A stretch of 64,000 nt of DNA, taken from positions 14,492 to 78,491 of the forward strand of contig DATJYR010000041.1 in the NCBI GenBank assembly GCA_035499515.1. The letters are read 5' to 3'. Shown here piece after piece: positions 61,226-64,000 of the stretch. The stretch comes from Steroidobacteraceae bacterium (GTDB lineage Bacteria > Pseudomonadota > Gammaproteobacteria > Steroidobacterales > Steroidobacteraceae). Each line of letters opens with the position of its first letter. Within the stretch, counting starts at the first letter, position 1. The translations under genes were made by a program, and so were the position numbers. Below the pieces are notes generated by a model that searched no databases, was not told where the DNA came from, and saw only the letters and a list, made by a program, of their open reading frames with translations.

Positions 61226-61798
61226 TCAGAGCAGCCCGGGAACGAGCGCCGACACGCGCTGGCTGTACGCATCATAGGCAGCGCCAAACTGCTCCCGCAT
61301 CCAGCGCTCTTCGTTGCGCAGCTTGCGCCACAGCGCCGCGAACACCAGCGCCACGGCCAGCACGCCACACCACTCGGCCCGCGCGATCGCCGAGCCGGTG
61401 AAGGCCAGCAGCAATCCGGTGTAGATCGGGTGTCGCACCAGGCGATACGGGCCACTGGTGATGAGTTCGTGTCCCTCCTTGACGGTGACGATGCCGCTCC
61501 AGTTCCTGCCCAGCACCACGCGCGCCCAGGCGGTGAACAGCAGACCCGCGACCGTCAGCGCCGCACCGATCCAGAAGCCCTGCACCGTGGACCGCATGAA
61601 GTGCCGGCCGAGCACGGGTACGCCTTGCATCGGCGCCCACAGCAGCACCACCGCCAGCACCAGAGGAATGATGTGCAGCAAACGCGAAGCTGCGGTCTCC
61701 TTCTTGACAGCCACCTTGACGTGGCGCGAAGCGATCAGCCAGCACGCGCACCAGGTCGTCCATAGCACCGGGAACAGCCATTCGTACGCGATCTGCAT
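61226..61798 (-). CDS. isoprenylcysteine carboxyl methyltransferase (ICMT)-family membrane methyltransferase
   Basis: Internal ATG (MQIAYEWLFPVLW). Contains LITSGPYRLVRHPIYTGLLL and NEERWMREQFGAAY. Confidence 0.8.
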   Translation of the reverse strand: MQIAYEWLFPVLWTTWCACWLIASRHVKVAVKKETAASRLLHIIPLVLAVVLLWAPMQGVPVLGRHFMRSTVQGFWIGAALTVAGLLFTAWARVVLGRNWSGIVTVKEGHELITSGPYRLVRHPIYTGLLLAFTGSAIARAEWCGVLAVALVFAALWRKLRNEERWMREQFGAAYDAYSQRVSALVPGLL

Positions 61799-62388
61799 CA
61801 GTACAGGTCCCTGCGCTCGGTCAAAGTGAGCTCGCGGGGCGCGACGCGCGGCACTCCGGTGGCCGGATCGTACAAAGGCGTGCGCCGATACGCGCCGCTC
61901 AGTCGCGCGCCGATCACGGCGCCCATGACGCGCACCAGCGAAAGCAGGGTGCCAAGCGGCATCGTTGGCACCGGTCCCCGGCTCGACCCGGTATTGACCA
62001 CCATGCGCACCGGCCCGAACGATTGCTGCAGCGTGGGCGAGTCGCTGTGCAGGCAGGTTTCCACGAGGCCGATGTACGGCATCCTGTAGTTGCGCGGCGT
62101 GTTGCCGATCGGGGTGTTGCAACAGCCCGCGTACCAGCGCAGCAGACCGCGCGGCGAGAGTGACATGCAACGCAAGGACTCGATGCCTTGCGTGAAATGC
62201 ACGCCGCCTGGCAACGTCGCCACGATCGGCGTACCGCCGTTCACATCCAGCACCGCATCGGTGCGCCCCAGGAAGCGCGCGAACGCCTGGCAATCTTTGC
62301 AGTAGCAGATCGCGCGCGTCGCGGCACCGGGCCGGGTCACGAAACCTTTGACGGTGCCACACCGGCACCGCAGCGGATGATCGTTCAT
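61798..62388 (-). CDS. Cys-rich GFA/CENP-V-like (DUF6151-like) protein
   Basis: Internal ATG (MNDHPLRCRCGTVKG...CYCKDCQAF...GCCNTPIG), a zinc-binding Cys pattern. Confidence 0.6.
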   Translation of the reverse strand: MNDHPLRCRCGTVKGFVTRPGAATRAICYCKDCQAFARFLGRTDAVLDVNGGTPIVATLPGGVHFTQGIESLRCMSLSPRGLLRWYAGCCNTPIGNTPRNYRMPYIGLVETCLHSDSPTLQQSFGPVRMVVNTGSSRGPVPTMPLGTLLSLVRVMGAVIGARLSGAYRRTPLYDPATGVPRVAPRELTLTERRDLY

Positions 62389-62471
62389 GCCAGCGGCTCC
62401 CCACTGGACTGCACGCGAACCAGCTGCCAATGCAGGTCCGCGAGAGGTTGTCGGTCGTGCCCGGTCATGGC

Positions 62472-63209
62472 TCAGACTGTCAGCAGTTCTTCGTGGAAGC
62501 CACCGATCTGGCGTTCGCGATCCACCAGATGCACTTCCAGGATCCAGTGGGCCACCCGTCCCGACGGATCCTTCCCCCGCAGGGGCACGTGGTTGTCGGC
62601 CGCGATCAACGAATCGATGCGACTGCCGTCCAGGTTCTCGTGCGGGAATTCGCCGACCAGGTGGCCGCAATGGTGGTTACCGAACTGCCAGCCGCGTTCG
62701 GCGGCGAGACGCACGATTTCCGCGTACAACTGCGCCGCGGTGACCGCGGCGTGCTCCCGGAAAAAGCGCTTGCCCGCGTCAAAAATGCGCGGCAGATCAT
62801 CGCGCAGGCGCTGCTTGACGGGATCGGTGCCCAGCACCCAGGTACGGCCGAAATCGGCTTCCCAGCCTTCGAAGATCGGGCCGAAATCCGCAAACACGAT
62901 GTCATCGTCCTGCAGGGTGCGATCGGGCGGCGACTCCTGGTAAGGACGCAGCGTGTTCGGGCCTGAACGAACGATGCGCTTGTGCCAGTGACGACGCACG
63001 CCGAAGCGCTCGGCCGCGAGATCGCGCACGGCATCGCTGGCGCCGCTGTCGGTGACGCCCGGACGCAGGATGCGCCCCTGCTCCACCGCCACGAACAGTT
63101 CCGCGGCTTTCGACTGTGCGTCGAGCAATCGCGCGACACGCACCGCTTCGTCGCGCTCGTGCCTGGCGCGCAGCGGCTGCTTGTCCTGGGGTGCGATGTT
63201 CTCTTCCAT
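62472..63209 (-). CDS. M24-family metallopeptidase-like protein (catalytic domain only)
   Basis: Contains DDIVFADFGPIFEGWEADFGRT, HHCGHLVGEFPHE and HWILEVHLV, consistent with a pita-bread fold metal-ligand pattern. Confidence 0.65.
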   Translation of the reverse strand: MEENIAPQDKQPLRARHERDEAVRVARLLDAQSKAAELFVAVEQGRILRPGVTDSGASDAVRDLAAERFGVRRHWHKRIVRSGPNTLRPYQESPPDRTLQDDDIVFADFGPIFEGWEADFGRTWVLGTDPVKQRLRDDLPRIFDAGKRFFREHAAVTAAQLYAEIVRLAAERGWQFGNHHCGHLVGEFPHENLDGSRIDSLIAADNHVPLRGKDPSGRVAHWILEVHLVDRERQIGGFHEELLTV

Positions 63210-63287
63210 GCGAACGCTGGACGGTACGTCAGCTGCGGGCGCAGTGCAACGCCCCGCGGCCGCGACGCCCCGGCCGGAGCCTGCCGC

Positions 63288-63773
63288 TCACTTCGAGCGC
63301 GTGAAATAGTTGGTGCGGAACAGCGGCTGGCCGTCCTGCGTGTAGTAGGTAGCGGTTTCGATCATCGTCTTGCCGTCTGCGGCCAGCGTGTACACGCGCG
63401 TCGAACCGCCCACGCCATTCTTGCCGAGCACCAGCACCAACACGTTCGCCGTGGGCATCATCGCGGCCGCCACATCCGCTTCGCTCCCTCCGGATACCTC
63501 TGTGGGCTTGCCGTCCAGCGTGGCCGTCGATGTGGCGTGACTGAGCTTCCCGGCGCCATCGACGATATCGACCATGATGGTGAGCGAGTCCTTGCCTGAT
63601 TTTCTGAACACGATGTTGACGCTCTTCGGCCTGGCCTCCGGTGGAATCGGCAGGCGCGAGATGTCGACCGCCCAGTTGCCCATCAGCGGCGAGGTGCCAG
63701 CCGACGCCGCGAACGCGGGCGCCAGCGAAGTGAGCATGAACACCAGCAGACCCGTCAGCAACTTGGTTCTCAC
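63288..63773 (-). CDS. small secreted beta-rich protein (lipocalin-like), unknown function
   Basis: GTG preceded by GGAGG (VRTKLLTGLLVFMLTSLAPAFA, a signal peptide). Confidence 0.55.
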   Translation of the reverse strand: MRTKLLTGLLVFMLTSLAPAFAASAGTSPLMGNWAVDISRLPIPPEARPKSVNIVFRKSGKDSLTIMVDIVDGAGKLSHATSTATLDGKPTEVSGGSEADVAAAMMPTANVLVLVLGKNGVGGSTRVYTLAADGKTMIETATYYTQDGQPLFRTNYFTRSK

Positions 63774-63822
63774 GCAACCTCCAGGTGTCGTCACATCCAG
63801 CGGGCTCGCGGCCGGGGTATGT

Positions 63823-64000
63823 TCATGCAGAACTGCCGGCGCGGCCGGTGTTGGCGGGATTCTTCGGCGCCCTGGTTTCCCAGGCCGTGCGGATCAGGTC
63901 GCGCACCATCGAAGGTGGCGCCTTGGGCAGCGACACGCGCAGTCCAACCGCCTTGGCACCCCAGAACAACTTCTCGACGTGCTCCGGATACATCGCGAGC
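63823..64000 (-). CDS. 3-prime end of a gene running off the window (possibly MmcQ/YjbR-like)
   Basis: My own translation gives ...LAMYPEHVEKLFWGAKAVGLRVSLPKAPPSMVRDLIRTAWETRAPKNPANTGRAGSSA*. It is not in the ORF track because it is open-ended. Confidence 0.35.
   Translation of the reverse strand, partial: LAMYPEHVEKLFWGAKAVGLRVSLPKAPPSMVRDLIRTAWETRAPKNPANTGRAGSSA

Noticed and set aside
1-64000. Scan for tRNA, rRNA, IS elements, integrases, toxin-antitoxin pairs, CRISPR arrays and prophage remnants
   Set aside because: I recognised no cloverleaf-like or rRNA-like segments, no transposase or integrase motifs in any frame of the track, and no repeat-spacer arrays. Apart from short promoter spacers, I saw no long AT-rich islands.

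Overview
Very GC-rich proteobacterial chromosomal segment. Third codon positions are almost all G/C, which creates many long spurious antisense ORFs in the six-frame track. The gene content (xanthomonadin-type pigment genes, DUF1800/DUF1501, PsiF, UrcA) suggests Xanthomonadales; this is inference only. I support about 77 CDS and found no rRNA, tRNA, IS, integrase, prophage or CRISPR. Layout by region: (1) 1-11.4 kb: trpE with a classical Trp-codon leader and attenuator, an orphan GspE/PilB-type ATPase, a DUF1800/DUF1501 pair, a periplasmic glutathione peroxidase, a DUF4142 protein with a Gly/Pro/Ala repeat insertion, a tandem-fused family III CoA-transferase, and a PadR / small membrane protein / LepB operon. 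(2) 11.4-36.1 kb, centred on the window: a large type II PKS/FAS-like aryl-polyene (xanthomonadin-type) cluster. It has a flavin halogenase, an MMPL/LolA-like/DUF3261 export set, a second ACP/KS/CLF/dehydratase set, an embedded ABC exporter, DarA/DarB dialkylresorcinol genes, a BtrH_N-like Cys enzyme, a 134-aa unknown protein and an Sfp-type PPTase. (3) 36.1-42.3 kb: an ECF sigma/anti-sigma pair with a divergent membrane protein and UrcA, an orphan about 800-aa HerA/FtsK-like ATPase, and a BtuF-like binding protein with a Cys-rich secreted protein. (4) 42.3-64 kb: TetR plus a tripartite RND efflux operon, PsiF-repeat genes, a two-component system, an oxyR / alpha-beta hydrolase / photolyase operon, and assorted housekeeping or accessory enzymes. 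The most interesting part is the central APE-DAR hybrid cluster, especially the BtrH_N-like gene and the unknown gene coupled downstream of darAB. I cannot establish novelty without database searches.
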